From a virus (lineage: Duplodnaviria > Heunggongvirae > Uroviricota > Caudoviricetes): 64,000 nucleotides of DNA. This document shows positions 10,621 to 21,460 of this stretch, in pieces (within the stretch, counting starts at the first letter, position 1; every line of letters starts with the position of its first letter). The stretch is taken from IMG/VR virus record IMGVR_UViG_3300042401_001499; one strand, given 5' to 3'. Made by a program: the position numbers and the translations under genes. The notes below the pieces were generated by a model. The model worked only from the letters and a program-made list of their open reading frames with translations. It had not been told where the DNA came from and searched no databases.

Positions 10621-11524
10621 GGACTTCTGCAATCCAGTTATAGATTATAACATCAGCAAATCAATATCGTATAGTCAAACTCTAGCATACAATACTTGTC
10701 CGCACCAATGGGCATTAAAATATGTTAAAGGACTGCAGGAGTATAAGCCCTCCATTCATACAGTCTTTGGAACAGCCTTACACGAAGTTGTACAGGAATG
10801 GCTAACAGAACTCTATGAAGGGACTGTAAAGAAAGCAACTGAGATGGATCTTGGAGCACTTCTACATGAAAAGCTCTTTAGTATTTATGCTCAAGAAAAA
10901 GATAAGTACGGAAAACATTTCTCTACCTCTGAGCAGTTATCTGAGTTTCATAATGATGGAGTTGAAATATTGAATTACGTACGTAAGAAACGCTCTATTT
11001 ACTTCGGTACCAAGTATTATAAGTTGGTAGGAGTAGAGATTCCTTTGATACATCAAATAGCTGAGAATATTTTCTTCAAAGGATTTATTGATATTGTTCT
11101 CTATGATGAGCAGGATGACAGGTATATCATTTTAGATATCAAAACATCAACCTCAGGATGGAATGATTATGCAAAGAAGGATGATAAAAAGCTAGCACAA
11201 TTACTTCTCTATAAAGAATTCCTAGCAAGACAATTTGATATAGATGTTGATAAGGTAGATGTAAAGTACTTCATCGTAAAGAGAAAAGTACCTGCCGATC
11301 CAGAATATCCAGCCATGGGTAGAAGAGTTCAAGAGTTTGTACCACCTTCAGGAAAAATTAAAAGAGGACAAGCAACCACAGCTCTTACAAAATTTATTGA
11401 CGATGCTTTCGATTCACATGGAAAGTATATTGATAAGGAATATGATAAGAAGCCATCCAAGTCCAATTGTATGTTCTGTGATTTTAAAGGTACAGAGCAT
11501 TGCCATGCAGGTGTTTTGATATAA
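10583..11524 (+). CDS. PD-(D/E)xK nuclease with C-terminal Cys cluster (Cas4 / RecB-family exonuclease-like)
   Basis: GFIDIV ... ILDIKTS core. C-terminal CMFCDFKGTEHCHAG looks like an Fe-S-type Cys cluster. Confidence 0.65.
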   Translation: MAKKILKQVSLIKDFCNPVIDYNISKSISYSQTLAYNTCPHQWALKYVKGLQEYKPSIHTVFGTALHEVVQEWLTELYEGTVKKATEMDLGALLHEKLFSIYAQEKDKYGKHFSTSEQLSEFHNDGVEILNYVRKKRSIYFGTKYYKLVGVEIPLIHQIAENIFFKGFIDIVLYDEQDDRYIILDIKTSTSGWNDYAKKDDKKLAQLLLYKEFLARQFDIDVDKVDVKYFIVKRKVPADPEYPAMGRRVQEFVPPSGKIKRGQATTALTKFIDDAFDSHGKYIDKEYDKKPSKSNCMFCDFKGTEHCHAGVLI

Positions 11525-11559
11525 GGGTATATTTATATATACATATAATTATATAAACA

Positions 11560-11742
11560 ATGAACACAAAAAAATTAACATCGGTTAAGGTAGAAGAGGA
11601 TCTTCTACAAGAATTTAAAGAGCAATGCGTAAGAGATAAATTTTCTTTACAGAAGCTTGTAGACAGAGCAATTTTTCTTTATATTACAGAAGAGAGCTTT
11701 AAACAAAAATTACGCACACAAACAGATATTAAATTAAAATAG
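11560..11742 (+). CDS. Small hypothetical protein (possible ribbon-helix-helix)
   Basis: 60-aa ORF. Weak call. Confidence 0.3.
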   Translation: MNTKKLTSVKVEEDLLQEFKEQCVRDKFSLQKLVDRAIFLYITEESFKQKLRTQTDIKLK

Positions 11743-11746
11743 TTAC

Positions 11747-13189
11747 ATGAAAGAAAAATTTCGTTATGTTAAGAAAGAAGATCGTAAAAAGATACTTCTG
11801 TTATGCGATGATATTAGGATGCATTCCGGTATCGCAACGATGGCTAGAGAGATTGTTGTAGGAACATCTCATCACTTTAACTGGATCAATCTAGGAGCTG
11901 CAATTAACCACCCCGAAGCAGGAAAAGGATTTGACATCTCAGGAGAGGTTAATAGGTTAACAGGGCTAGAAGATTCAGATGTAAAGGTATTGCCTAACAA
12001 TGGTTATGGAGATGCTATGCAAATTAGAGCTTTAATTGCACAAGAAAAGCCAGATGCTATTTTTATCTTTACAGATCCAAGGTACTGGGTATGGTTATTT
12101 GAAATAGAAAGAGAGATTAGAAATGAAATTCCTTTGATGTACTTAAACATTTGGGATGACTATCCAGCTCCTCTTTATAACAAACCGTACTACGAGTCAT
12201 GTGATTTGTTAATGGCAATCTCAAAACAAACTAAAAATATTAATGAAATAGTTTTAGGAGAAGCAGTTGAGAATAAGATTTTAAAATATGTTCCTCATGG
12301 AATAAATGAAGAGCACTTCTTTCCAATGACCTCAGTAGATCAACTTGAGACTTTAGGTCAATTTAAAAAAGACTTATTTCAAGGAAAGGATATCGAATTC
12401 GTAGCATTCTTCAATTCAAGAAACATCAGAAGAAAATCTCCAGGAGATGTAATTCTATCTTATAGAATGTTCTGTGATTTAATCGGAGAAGAGAAAGCTA
12501 AGAAATGTGCTTTAGTAATGCACACACAGGCTGTAGATGAAAACGGTACAGACCTTTATGCAGTAAGAGAAGCAATTTGTGATGAGAGTTATGTAAATGT
12601 ATTCTTCTCACAAGAGAGATTAGATACTCCACAAATTAATTTACTTTATAACATAGCTGATGTAGGATTGCTTATCACTTCAAATGAAGGATGGGGATTA
12701 TCTCTAACTGAGACTATGATGGCAGGTAAAATGATCATAGCCAACGTAACAGGCGGTATGCAAGATCAAATGAGATTTACAGATGAGAATGGTGAGTGGA
12801 TTAACTTCACTCCTGACTTCCCTTCTAACCATAGAGGTACTTATAAAGAGCATGGAGAGTGGGCAGTGCCTGTCTATCCTTCAAACATCTCAATGGTAGG
12901 TTCAGTTCCAACTCCATACATCTTCGATGATAGGTGTGCACCAGAAGACGTAGCTAAAGCTTTAGAAGAGGTTTACAACATGGGGAAAGAAGAGAGAGAT
13001 AGAAGAGGATTATTAGCTAGAGAATGGGTAACATCAGATGAATCAGGAATGTCAGCACGTCAAATGTGTACAAACGTTATTGATGCAATGGATGAGACAT
13101 TTGAAAAGTTTACTCCAAGATCTAGATTTGACCTATATAAAGTAACAGACAGACCAAAAAAATATATCACACATAAATTAATATACTAG
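11747..13189 (+). CDS. Glycosyltransferase, GT-B fold (GT4-like)
   Basis: ITSNEGWGLSLTETMMAGKMIIA matches the GT4 E-x7-E region (EGFGLP..EAMA.G.PVIA). Confidence 0.6.
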   Translation: MKEKFRYVKKEDRKKILLLCDDIRMHSGIATMAREIVVGTSHHFNWINLGAAINHPEAGKGFDISGEVNRLTGLEDSDVKVLPNNGYGDAMQIRALIAQEKPDAIFIFTDPRYWVWLFEIEREIRNEIPLMYLNIWDDYPAPLYNKPYYESCDLLMAISKQTKNINEIVLGEAVENKILKYVPHGINEEHFFPMTSVDQLETLGQFKKDLFQGKDIEFVAFFNSRNIRRKSPGDVILSYRMFCDLIGEEKAKKCALVMHTQAVDENGTDLYAVREAICDESYVNVFFSQERLDTPQINLLYNIADVGLLITSNEGWGLSLTETMMAGKMIIANVTGGMQDQMRFTDENGEWINFTPDFPSNHRGTYKEHGEWAVPVYPSNISMVGSVPTPYIFDDRCAPEDVAKALEEVYNMGKEERDRRGLLAREWVTSDESGMSARQMCTNVIDAMDETFEKFTPRSRFDLYKVTDRPKKYITHKLIY

Positions 13190-13191
13190 TT

Positions 13192-14478
13192 ATGAGTAAA
13201 CCTACATTAGTAGTAAGCTGTCCAGTAGACACTTACTCAGGATATGGAGCAAGAGCAAGAGACTTTGTACAATCAATTATCGATACAGATAAGTACGAAG
13301 TAAAGATCCTATCACAAAGATGGGGAGGTACTAGATTTGGATATCTTAAAGATCATAAGAATGAATCTTTAGCCTCTAGAATTATACCACAACTAACACA
13401 ACAGCCAGACATCTGGATTCAAATTACAGTACCGAATGAATTTCAAAAGGTTGGTAAATACAATATTGGACTAACAGCAGGAATTGAAACTACAATCTGT
13501 GATCCTTCCTGGATTGAAGGATGTAACAGAATGGACTTAGTATTAGTATCAGCACAACATGCTAAGAAAGTATTTGAAGATAGTAAATTCAATATGCAAG
13601 ATTCAAATACAGGACAAGTAACAGGACAGTTAGCACTTAGTACAAAGGTAGAAGTTCTATTTGAAGGAGCTGATATAGAGAAGTATGCACCATTGTCATG
13701 GCCAGTCACATTAGATCTTTCAACTATACCGGAAATGTTCTGCTTCCTAACAGTAGGTCACTGGCTTCAGGGGTCTCTTGGAGAGGATAGAAAGAATATT
13801 GGATACACTATTAAAGCATTCTTAGAAACATTTAAGAATAAAAAAGATCAACCGGCACTTATTTTAAAAGTACAAGCAGGAGCAGGAACCTCTATCATGG
13901 ATAGGGAAGCAGTGTTGGATAAAATTGATGCAATCAGAAAGACAGTAAAGGGAAAGTTACCAAACATTTACGTACTACATGGAGAAATGTCTGATGCTGA
14001 AGTAAATGAACTATACAACCACGGTAAGGTAAAGGCGATGATCTCTTTAACAAAAGGAGAAGGATTTGGAAGACCTCTACTAGAATTTAGTTTAATAAAC
14101 AAACCAATCATAGCTTCAGGATGGTCAGGGCATATTGACTTCCTTGATAATCGATATACAAAACAAATAGGAGGAACTCTTACAAACGTACATCCATCAG
14201 CAGCTGTAGACAAAATGATCTTACAAGAAAGCCAGTGGTTTACACCAGACGATGCTCTTGTAGGAAAAGCTCTTAAGGATGTATTTGAGGATTATAAACC
14301 ATATAAGGAATTAGCCAAAAGACAGGGGTATAAGAGTAGAACTGAGTTCTCGTATGATAAGATGAGAGAGACGCTAGATACTCTTCTAACACAGTACATT
14401 CCTGAATTCCCTAAGCAAGTACAGTTAAAGTTACCTCAACTTAAGAAAATAGAACTACCAAAATTAACTAAAATATAA
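13192..14478 (+). CDS. Glycosyltransferase, GT-B fold (GT4-like)
   Basis: TKGEGFGRPLLEFSLINKPIIAS matches the GT4 signature. Confidence 0.6.
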   Translation: MSKPTLVVSCPVDTYSGYGARARDFVQSIIDTDKYEVKILSQRWGGTRFGYLKDHKNESLASRIIPQLTQQPDIWIQITVPNEFQKVGKYNIGLTAGIETTICDPSWIEGCNRMDLVLVSAQHAKKVFEDSKFNMQDSNTGQVTGQLALSTKVEVLFEGADIEKYAPLSWPVTLDLSTIPEMFCFLTVGHWLQGSLGEDRKNIGYTIKAFLETFKNKKDQPALILKVQAGAGTSIMDREAVLDKIDAIRKTVKGKLPNIYVLHGEMSDAEVNELYNHGKVKAMISLTKGEGFGRPLLEFSLINKPIIASGWSGHIDFLDNRYTKQIGGTLTNVHPSAAVDKMILQESQWFTPDDALVGKALKDVFEDYKPYKELAKRQGYKSRTEFSYDKMRETLDTLLTQYIPEFPKQVQLKLPQLKKIELPKLTKI

Positions 14479-14936
14479 TGGAAGAAAAAATGTCAATCTG
14501 TCCACATTGTGGAGGAAATGCTTGCTATGAACAAGCAGTAACAGAAGAAGTAACAACAAGCTTTTGCTTTGGATGCGGGTATTCAACTTCAACTCTAATG
14601 GTTGAAGGAGGAGATTTAGTAAACAAAACACTAGAAGCATCACCAGAACTTTATAAAGATCTTATGTTTGTAAGTGAAGATAAGAAAGTATGGTTCCCTT
14701 CTACAGTTACTCTTCCAAATAAAGGAATGGTATTCTTAGACGGAACAGCAAAAGAGAATTGGAGATGGGCAGCAGTAACCTCAGTAGAGATTCTAGAAGA
14801 AGAGAAAGCTAAATTTCCAAAAGGTCAGACAACTAAAATGGATATGAAAAATATCAAACATTTTGAGAAAGAAGATTTTATGGAAGCATTAGATGCTATC
14901 AAATTCTTTGATGTAGAAGTTGCTGAATCAGAATAA
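14478..14936 (+). CDS. Zinc-ribbon protein
   Basis: Motifs CPHCGG ... CFGCGY. Start is ATGA-coupled. Confidence 0.4.
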   Translation: MEEKMSICPHCGGNACYEQAVTEEVTTSFCFGCGYSTSTLMVEGGDLVNKTLEASPELYKDLMFVSEDKKVWFPSTVTLPNKGMVFLDGTAKENWRWAAVTSVEILEEEKAKFPKGQTTKMDMKNIKHFEKEDFMEALDAIKFFDVEVAESE

Positions 14937-14954
14937 ATTTCTTATCTTAATAGG

Positions 14955-15572
14955 ATGAAAATAAGTTATGCAATAACAGTTTGTAATGAGTTGGAGGAGA
15001 TTAAACGCTTAGTGACTTTCCTCCTTCTTACTAAACGTAAAGAAGACGAAGTAGTTATTTTATTTGATGAGAAGAACGGAACAGATGAAGTATTTGATTA
15101 CATAGAGTCTCAAGTTTATCACTGTGAAGTATTCTGTGAAAAGTTTGAAGGACACTTTGCTGATTGGAAAAATGAACTTACATCACACTGTACAGGAAAG
15201 TACATCTTTCAAATAGATGCAGACGAACTTCCAACTGAAGACCTTATTGTAAACCTTCCGTACATCTTAGAAGTTAATCAAGATGTAGATGTATTTCTTG
15301 TACCAAGAATTAATACAGTAGAAGGACTAACACTTCAACATATTCAGAAATGGGGATGGAATGTAAATGATAAAGGTTGGGTAAACTTCCCAGACTACCA
15401 ATGGAGAATTTATAGAAATGATCCTAGTATAAAATGGAAGAACAGAGTACACGAAGTACTAGAAGGATTTAAAACATCCACACTACTTCCAGCAGAGGAG
15501 ATGTATTGCCTATATCATCCAAAGACAATCGACAGACAAGAGAAACAGAATAATTATTACGATACATTATAA
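14955..15572 (+). CDS. Glycosyltransferase family 2-like (GT-A)
   Basis: N-terminal YAITVCNE typical of GT2, with DxD-like acidic motifs. Confidence 0.4.
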   Translation: MKISYAITVCNELEEIKRLVTFLLLTKRKEDEVVILFDEKNGTDEVFDYIESQVYHCEVFCEKFEGHFADWKNELTSHCTGKYIFQIDADELPTEDLIVNLPYILEVNQDVDVFLVPRINTVEGLTLQHIQKWGWNVNDKGWVNFPDYQWRIYRNDPSIKWKNRVHEVLEGFKTSTLLPAEEMYCLYHPKTIDRQEKQNNYYDTL

Positions 15573-15579
15573 ATTAGTT

Positions 15580-16890
15580 ATGGATAGTATTTTAAATTTA
15601 GTACAAGAGTACATTACAAAGAAGGATAGCGAGAAGAAATGGGTAGCAGGAGAAGACTTAGTTCAATATGCTGGACCTTACTTCGATGGTCAAGAAGCTC
15701 AAGCGGTTGTTAGGACTATGCTTGAAGGATGGTTAGTTCTAGGAAAAGAAGGAGCAATGTTTGAAAGACGTTTCCCTAAAAAATTAGGGCAGAAGACTGG
15801 AGTCATTGTTAATAGCGGTTCAAGTGCTAATTTACTAATGATGTTAGCCTTAACATCTAAGAGAGGAATGAACTTACCAAAAGGTACAAAAGTAATTACT
15901 CCAATAGCAGGATTCCCTGCAACACTTAGTCCTACTATTCAAGTAGGCTTTACACCAATCTTTGTTGATATTGAATTAGAATCTCTTAATCTAGACTTAG
16001 ATCAAGTAGAGCAAGCATGCATTGATCATCCGGATGCAAAGATAATTACATTTGCTCACGTATTAGGTAATCCACCTAACATGGATCGATTAATGGAAAT
16101 TGTAAACAAATATAATTTAATTCTATTAGAAGACTGTTGTGATGCTTTAGGAACGACATACGATGGTAAGATGTTAGGATCATTTGGTAAAATGTCTTCA
16201 TGCTCATTCTATCCAGCACATCACATTACAATGGGTGAAGGAGGATTTGTAGCTTGTGGAGATGCTCATACAGAAAAGATACTAAGAAGTTTTAGAGACT
16301 GGGGTAGAGGGTGTTTCTGTCAAGGTAAAGCAAATGCTTTAGAATGTGGTTCATGTGGTATTAGATTTAGTAATTGGTTACCAAGTCTTCCTAATGAGAT
16401 CTTTGATCACAAATATACTTATGAAGAGATTGGATACAATTTAAAACCTACAGAGTTACAAGCAGCAATGGGTAATGTTCAGTTAGGTAAGTTAGAAGAG
16501 ATTGGAGTACTGAGAAGAAGAAATCATAAAGCAATTGTTGACATCTTTAAGAAGTATGAAGATAAATTTATCCTTCCTAAAGCTACAGATAAATCAGATC
16601 CAGATTGGTTTGCAGTAGCATTAACATTAAGAGACGGAGTAGGATTTACAAGATCTGAATTCTGTCAATACTTAGAAGCAAATAAGATTCAAACAAGACC
16701 TTACTTTGCAGGTAACATTATGTTACAGCCAGGCTATTCACATTTAATTGATTCAAAAGAAGTTATTGAGAAATATCCAGTATCAAGAAAAGTAACAACA
16801 GATACTTTCTTCTTAGGATGCTCACCAATCATTACATTGGAACAAATAGAATACATTGGAACAATTGTAGATAAATTCTTCAGTAAATAG
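15580..16890 (+). CDS. ddhC: E1-type PMP-dependent, Fe-S NDP-4-keto-6-deoxyhexose 3-dehydrase (DdhC/AscC/RfbH family)
   Basis: DegT/AHBA-synthase fold. The Schiff-base Lys is replaced by His (SFYPAHHITMGEGG), the E1/ColD hallmark. The Cys spacing C-x57-C-x1-C-x8-C (CC ... CFCQGKANALEC) matches the E1 [2Fe-2S] site. Confidence 0.8.
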   Translation: MDSILNLVQEYITKKDSEKKWVAGEDLVQYAGPYFDGQEAQAVVRTMLEGWLVLGKEGAMFERRFPKKLGQKTGVIVNSGSSANLLMMLALTSKRGMNLPKGTKVITPIAGFPATLSPTIQVGFTPIFVDIELESLNLDLDQVEQACIDHPDAKIITFAHVLGNPPNMDRLMEIVNKYNLILLEDCCDALGTTYDGKMLGSFGKMSSCSFYPAHHITMGEGGFVACGDAHTEKILRSFRDWGRGCFCQGKANALECGSCGIRFSNWLPSLPNEIFDHKYTYEEIGYNLKPTELQAAMGNVQLGKLEEIGVLRRRNHKAIVDIFKKYEDKFILPKATDKSDPDWFAVALTLRDGVGFTRSEFCQYLEANKIQTRPYFAGNIMLQPGYSHLIDSKEVIEKYPVSRKVTTDTFFLGCSPIITLEQIEYIGTIVDKFFSK

Positions 16891-16891
16891 T

Positions 16892-17737
16892 ATGAAAAAA
16901 TTTGTAATAAGTACACATGGGTTTGATATGGGAATAGGAGGCTTAAAGGTTTTACATAAACTTTGTCACCTTCTAAATGAAAATGGATACGACGCATATC
17001 TAATACCAGTAAATTTTAATGAACCATTCGGCATGTATGAGGGGTATAATACCAAAATGATTACACAAGACATACTAGATAATCTGGAAGAGGCCATAGT
17101 AGTGTACCCTGAAAGCTGGAACGGTAACTACCTCAATGCACCAAACGTAGTTAGGTGGATGATAGGACCTCCTACCAAGGATGTTGCTGCTACATGGTCT
17201 AGCAAGGACCTATGGTTTTGGTATATTCCTTTTTATAAGTCTTCTGAGTTTACTAAGCATTTAGAAAATCAACTGTATATAGGAGAGCAGCATAGGGATA
17301 TCTTTTTTAATAGAAACTTAGAAAGGACTATTACTAGTTGGACTTTAAGAAAAGCTCAAGGGTTAGTACAAGAAGTAAATTACAAACACCCTAAGGATAG
17401 TTTGTTTCTTCCGTATCATGCAGCAGGAGATTTAGCCTCTCTTTCTGATATATTTAATAGATCTAAAGCATTCTACTGCTACGATACATATACCTACTTA
17501 ACAATACAGAGCCTACTATGCGGTACAGAGGCCATAGTGCTTCCAAATAGTTGGACCGAGAAAGAACATTTTCTAAAAGGATTTGCACTAAGCAAGTATG
17601 TAGCCTATGGAATAGACGATCTACCCAGAGCCAGAAGTATCCGTAATGAATTTTTAGAAGAAGTAGAAGAGATTGAAACATTAACAATAAAACAGTTACA
17701 TGAATTTACAGAAAAATGCTCTACCTACTTTAGCTGA
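16892..17737 (+). CDS. Hypothetical protein in the sugar island
   Basis: 281-aa ORF with no clear motif. Confidence 0.35.
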   Translation: MKKFVISTHGFDMGIGGLKVLHKLCHLLNENGYDAYLIPVNFNEPFGMYEGYNTKMITQDILDNLEEAIVVYPESWNGNYLNAPNVVRWMIGPPTKDVAATWSSKDLWFWYIPFYKSSEFTKHLENQLYIGEQHRDIFFNRNLERTITSWTLRKAQGLVQEVNYKHPKDSLFLPYHAAGDLASLSDIFNRSKAFYCYDTYTYLTIQSLLCGTEAIVLPNSWTEKEHFLKGFALSKYVAYGIDDLPRARSIRNEFLEEVEEIETLTIKQLHEFTEKCSTYFS

Positions 17738-18728
17738 GTTTAGCTTCTTGATCGTAACTGCAGCAAGAGATGAGAATAGACTAAGAGAAGCCTACAGGTC
17801 AATAAGGCTACAATACCCGGAAAATGAAATAGTAGTAGTATATGATAACACTGGTGTTTTATTACTAAATAGAGAAGATATAAACCTACTGGAGATTCCA
17901 ACTTCGGAAAGAGTGTATGTTAGTAGGGGATATAATATAGCATTAAAAAACTGCTCTAAGCCATATTTTGTATTTCTACATGATGATACTTTTATTGCTC
18001 CTAACTTTCTAGAAAACATATTACCCCATATAAGCGAAAGTCAGTTTTGTAACTTCACTGCAATAGAGCCTCCAGTATTTGGCAACATCGATTCAGCAAC
18101 AGCACCAATTAGGGATTTTGGTAGAAGCTTAGATACGTTTGTAGTAGAGAACTTTAATAAATATACAGAAAAGTATGTACAGACCTTAGAACACAGAACA
18201 GTAGAATCTCCTTTTGGAGGATTTTTTATGGTGGGAAGTACTAAGAGTATATTAAGTATAGGAGGATTTGATGAAACCTTTCAACCCTATTTCTTTGAAG
18301 ACAGTGACTTAATGGTACGGCTACACCTAGCAAACTTTAGGTTTATACAGGTACTAGATAGTTTAGTATATCATATGGTAAGCCTAACCTCTAGAGGAAC
18401 TCCGGAGAGTAGGGTAGCTGAGAGTATCACTCATAAGTTGTTTGTTAAGAAATGGAAGGTAGAATTCAATTACTTCAGACAGTATACAATGTCAGCAGGT
18501 ATTCCATATAAGAAGATACCAGTCTTAATTAAACACACAAACTGTAGTGAATCATTACAAGAGTACCTATCCTTAATAAGTGAACCTAGTACAGTAGAGC
18601 TAATAGTAGACGGACTGCAAATATCTCAAGAAGATGTAGGATATATACAATCATTACCGTATATTATACAGGATACAATACTATCAGGTAGCTACCAACT
18701 GGGAAGTATGCAACTAAATTTTAACTAA
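17700..18728 (+). CDS. Glycosyltransferase family 2-like
   Basis: VVVYDN ... LHDDTFIAP (DxD) GT-A pattern. Confidence 0.4.
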   Translation: MNLQKNALPTLAEFSFLIVTAARDENRLREAYRSIRLQYPENEIVVVYDNTGVLLLNREDINLLEIPTSERVYVSRGYNIALKNCSKPYFVFLHDDTFIAPNFLENILPHISESQFCNFTAIEPPVFGNIDSATAPIRDFGRSLDTFVVENFNKYTEKYVQTLEHRTVESPFGGFFMVGSTKSILSIGGFDETFQPYFFEDSDLMVRLHLANFRFIQVLDSLVYHMVSLTSRGTPESRVAESITHKLFVKKWKVEFNYFRQYTMSAGIPYKKIPVLIKHTNCSESLQEYLSLISEPSTVELIVDGLQISQEDVGYIQSLPYIIQDTILSGSYQLGSMQLNFN

Positions 18729-18755
18729 ATAACATAAAAAGATAATTTTATAAAG

Positions 18756-19712
18756 ATGAAAAAAGTAGTTTACGTTACCGGTTGTTTAGGATTTATTGGA
18801 TCCTACGTAACAAGGAAGTGTTTAGATAGAGGATGGTACGTTAAGGGAGTTGATAAGAAGACCTATGCAGCTAATAAAGACTTATTAAAAGAGTTTAAAG
18901 AGTATGAAAACTTTTCATTTGTAGATTGTGATATAAATGATTTGAAGTTCCTATATGACTGTGACTATATAATTAATACAGCAGCTGAGACTCATGTAGG
19001 AAACTCTATAATGGATTCGGATGTATTTGTACATTCAAATGTAAATGGAGTTCACAATCTACTAGAGTTAATAAAAAATCATAGAGGAGAGAATGCTACT
19101 AAGCCTACACTCCTTCACTTTAGTACAGACGAAGTTTATGGAGATATCGAAGAAGGAGAGCATATCGAGACTGACATACTTAAACCATCTAATCCATACT
19201 CAGCTACTAAAGCTGCAGCAGATATGCTAATAACAGCTTGGGCAAGAACTTACAAACTTCCTTATATTATAATAAGGCCAACAAACAATTACGGAATAGG
19301 GCAGTATGTAGAGAAGTTAATACCTAAAGCCTGTAAGTACTTACGACTTGGTAAAAAGATTCCTCTACACAATAACGGTACTCCAATTAGAAACTGGCTC
19401 CATGCCCAGGATACAGCTGAGGCTGTAATTAGAATTATTGAATCAGGAGTGCAGAATGAAATCTATAATATTTGTGGAGGATTTGAGCAAACTAATTTGG
19501 ATACTATTAAAAAAGTTCTTATATTGTACTATAAGGATTTAGGAGTAGACATAGAAGCTAACTTAGACCTAAAATGTAATAGACAAGGACAAGATGTTAG
19601 GTATGCCTTAAATGATGATAAATTAAGAGCATTAGGATGGAAACCTACAATTGACTTTGACTTGGAATTAAAAAATGTTGTAGAATATTATAGAGAAAAA
19701 TTCATATGGTAA
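18756..19712 (+). CDS. rfbB: NDP-hexose 4,6-dehydratase (RfbB-like extended SDR)
   Basis: Rossmann motif VTGCLGFIGS. FSTDEVYG and catalytic PYSATKAAADM (YxxxK), followed by NNYGIGQYVEKLIP, closely match dTDP/CDP-glucose 4,6-dehydratases. Confidence 0.75.
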   Translation: MKKVVYVTGCLGFIGSYVTRKCLDRGWYVKGVDKKTYAANKDLLKEFKEYENFSFVDCDINDLKFLYDCDYIINTAAETHVGNSIMDSDVFVHSNVNGVHNLLELIKNHRGENATKPTLLHFSTDEVYGDIEEGEHIETDILKPSNPYSATKAAADMLITAWARTYKLPYIIIRPTNNYGIGQYVEKLIPKACKYLRLGKKIPLHNNGTPIRNWLHAQDTAEAVIRIIESGVQNEIYNICGGFEQTNLDTIKKVLILYYKDLGVDIEANLDLKCNRQGQDVRYALNDDKLRALGWKPTIDFDLELKNVVEYYREKFIW

Positions 19713-21460
19713 AAGTAAGTGATGTAATCGTTCAATACCTTAAAGCTAATAAGATAGAGATTGTATTTGGAATAATTGGCTCAGCTAATTCTCACATATT
19801 CAATTCGATATTAGAAGAAGGAAGTATCAAATTGGTATCGGTACATCATGAACAAGCCGCTGTAATGGCTATGGGAGCTTATTACCGTTCAACCGGAAAG
19901 ATGGCTGTTGCATTAGTAACAGCAGGAGGAGGAGCATCAAATGCTTCAACAGGAATTCTTTCCAACTGGGCTGACTCCATTCCAGGAATAACTATCTCAG
20001 GACAAGAACAATCCTACTACTTAGCTGAATATAAAGATATGAGAATGTTTGGAGTACAAGGTTATGATGCAACTAAAGCATATGAAAACTGTACTAAAAT
20101 GTCTTATGTACTTACAGAAAATACCTTACATTCAATAATGCCTTTTGCATTTGCTTTAACACAAGAAGGTAGACCAGGGCCAGTATTCCTGGAAGTACCT
20201 TTCGATGTTCAAAGTAAAATGATAGAAGAAGTAGAAATAAAAGTAACTCCAATTGTAGAAATATACCCTGAGACTTCTTCTGATACAGACTATATCCTCT
20301 CTGCACTTTCACAAGCAGAGCGACCAGTTATACTAGGAGGTCACGGCGTTAAGCTAGCTAAAGCAGAAGAATTATTTAAACAATTTGTAGGAGACTATAA
20401 CATACCAACAGTATTAAGCTGGTCAGCAGTAGACTTACTTGATGATAATGATCCTAACTATTTCGGAAGACCAGGAGTACAGGGTCAGAGAGCAGCTAAC
20501 TTTATAGTACAGAACTCTGATTTACTAATTGTATTAGGAAGCAGACTATCATTACTTCAGACAGGCTACAAAAGAGAAGACTTTGCTCCATATGCTAATA
20601 TCATTCATGTTGATGTAGATGATACAGAAATTAATAAGTTCAACGGAAAGAATATAAAAGCAGATGTAGGAGAATTACTTACAAGTTTAAATTCTAAATG
20701 GAAAGCTGAGATTGAAATAGAGGAATGGATACAATACTGTAATCAAATTAAAGAAAAGTATCCTTTAGTAATGCCTGAGCATTTAGCAGACCCTACCAAT
20801 TCATATACATTTATTGATAAATTCTCACAAAAAGTATCGGACAATTATACAATCGTTACTGATATGGGAACAGCTTTATTAAGTGGATTCTATGGATGGA
20901 GAATTAAACCTAACCAAAAGATGTTTACCTCTCTAGGATTAGGAGAGATGGGATATGGATTAGCAGCAGCAGTTGGAGCTGGATTTGGAGAAAGACCAGT
21001 GATGTGTTTAAATTGTGATGGAGGTATGATGATGAACATACAAGAGTTACAAACAATTAAGACACATAACCTTCCAGTAAAGATTATCATATTCAACAAT
21101 GACGGATACTTAATGATCAAACATACTCAGAATATGTTATTTAAAGGAGCACGTACTTGTGTTGACAAAGAGACAGGAGTAACACTTCCTGATTATAAAA
21201 AAGTAGCACATGCATTTGATTTTGAATACTTCACAGAAGATAACGTAGATGACTTCTTAGCATTTGAAGGCCAGGCTATCATGGAAGTATTTATGGATCC
21301 AAATCAAGAATTTATTCCTAAGGTAAGAGGAATGAAGCTAGAAGATAGTACAATCCAAGCAGGACTATTAGAGGAGATGTCTCCACTTCTTCCGTTAGAA
21401 GAAATAGAACAAGCAATGGTTGCAGGAATTAACCAAAGAAGTAAAACAGTTGTAAGATGA
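19706..21460 (+). CDS. ThDP-dependent enzyme of the acetolactate-synthase family (YerE-like sugar C-branching enzyme candidate)
   Basis: 584 aa. ThDP motif GDG-x~26-NN (CDGGMMMN ... IIFNNDGY). Located inside a deoxysugar cluster. Confidence 0.7.
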   Translation: MVKVSDVIVQYLKANKIEIVFGIIGSANSHIFNSILEEGSIKLVSVHHEQAAVMAMGAYYRSTGKMAVALVTAGGGASNASTGILSNWADSIPGITISGQEQSYYLAEYKDMRMFGVQGYDATKAYENCTKMSYVLTENTLHSIMPFAFALTQEGRPGPVFLEVPFDVQSKMIEEVEIKVTPIVEIYPETSSDTDYILSALSQAERPVILGGHGVKLAKAEELFKQFVGDYNIPTVLSWSAVDLLDDNDPNYFGRPGVQGQRAANFIVQNSDLLIVLGSRLSLLQTGYKREDFAPYANIIHVDVDDTEINKFNGKNIKADVGELLTSLNSKWKAEIEIEEWIQYCNQIKEKYPLVMPEHLADPTNSYTFIDKFSQKVSDNYTIVTDMGTALLSGFYGWRIKPNQKMFTSLGLGEMGYGLAAAVGAGFGERPVMCLNCDGGMMMNIQELQTIKTHNLPVKIIIFNNDGYLMIKHTQNMLFKGARTCVDKETGVTLPDYKKVAHAFDFEYFTEDNVDDFLAFEGQAIMEVFMDPNQEFIPKVRGMKLEDSTIQAGLLEEMSPLLPLEEIEQAMVAGINQRSKTVVR

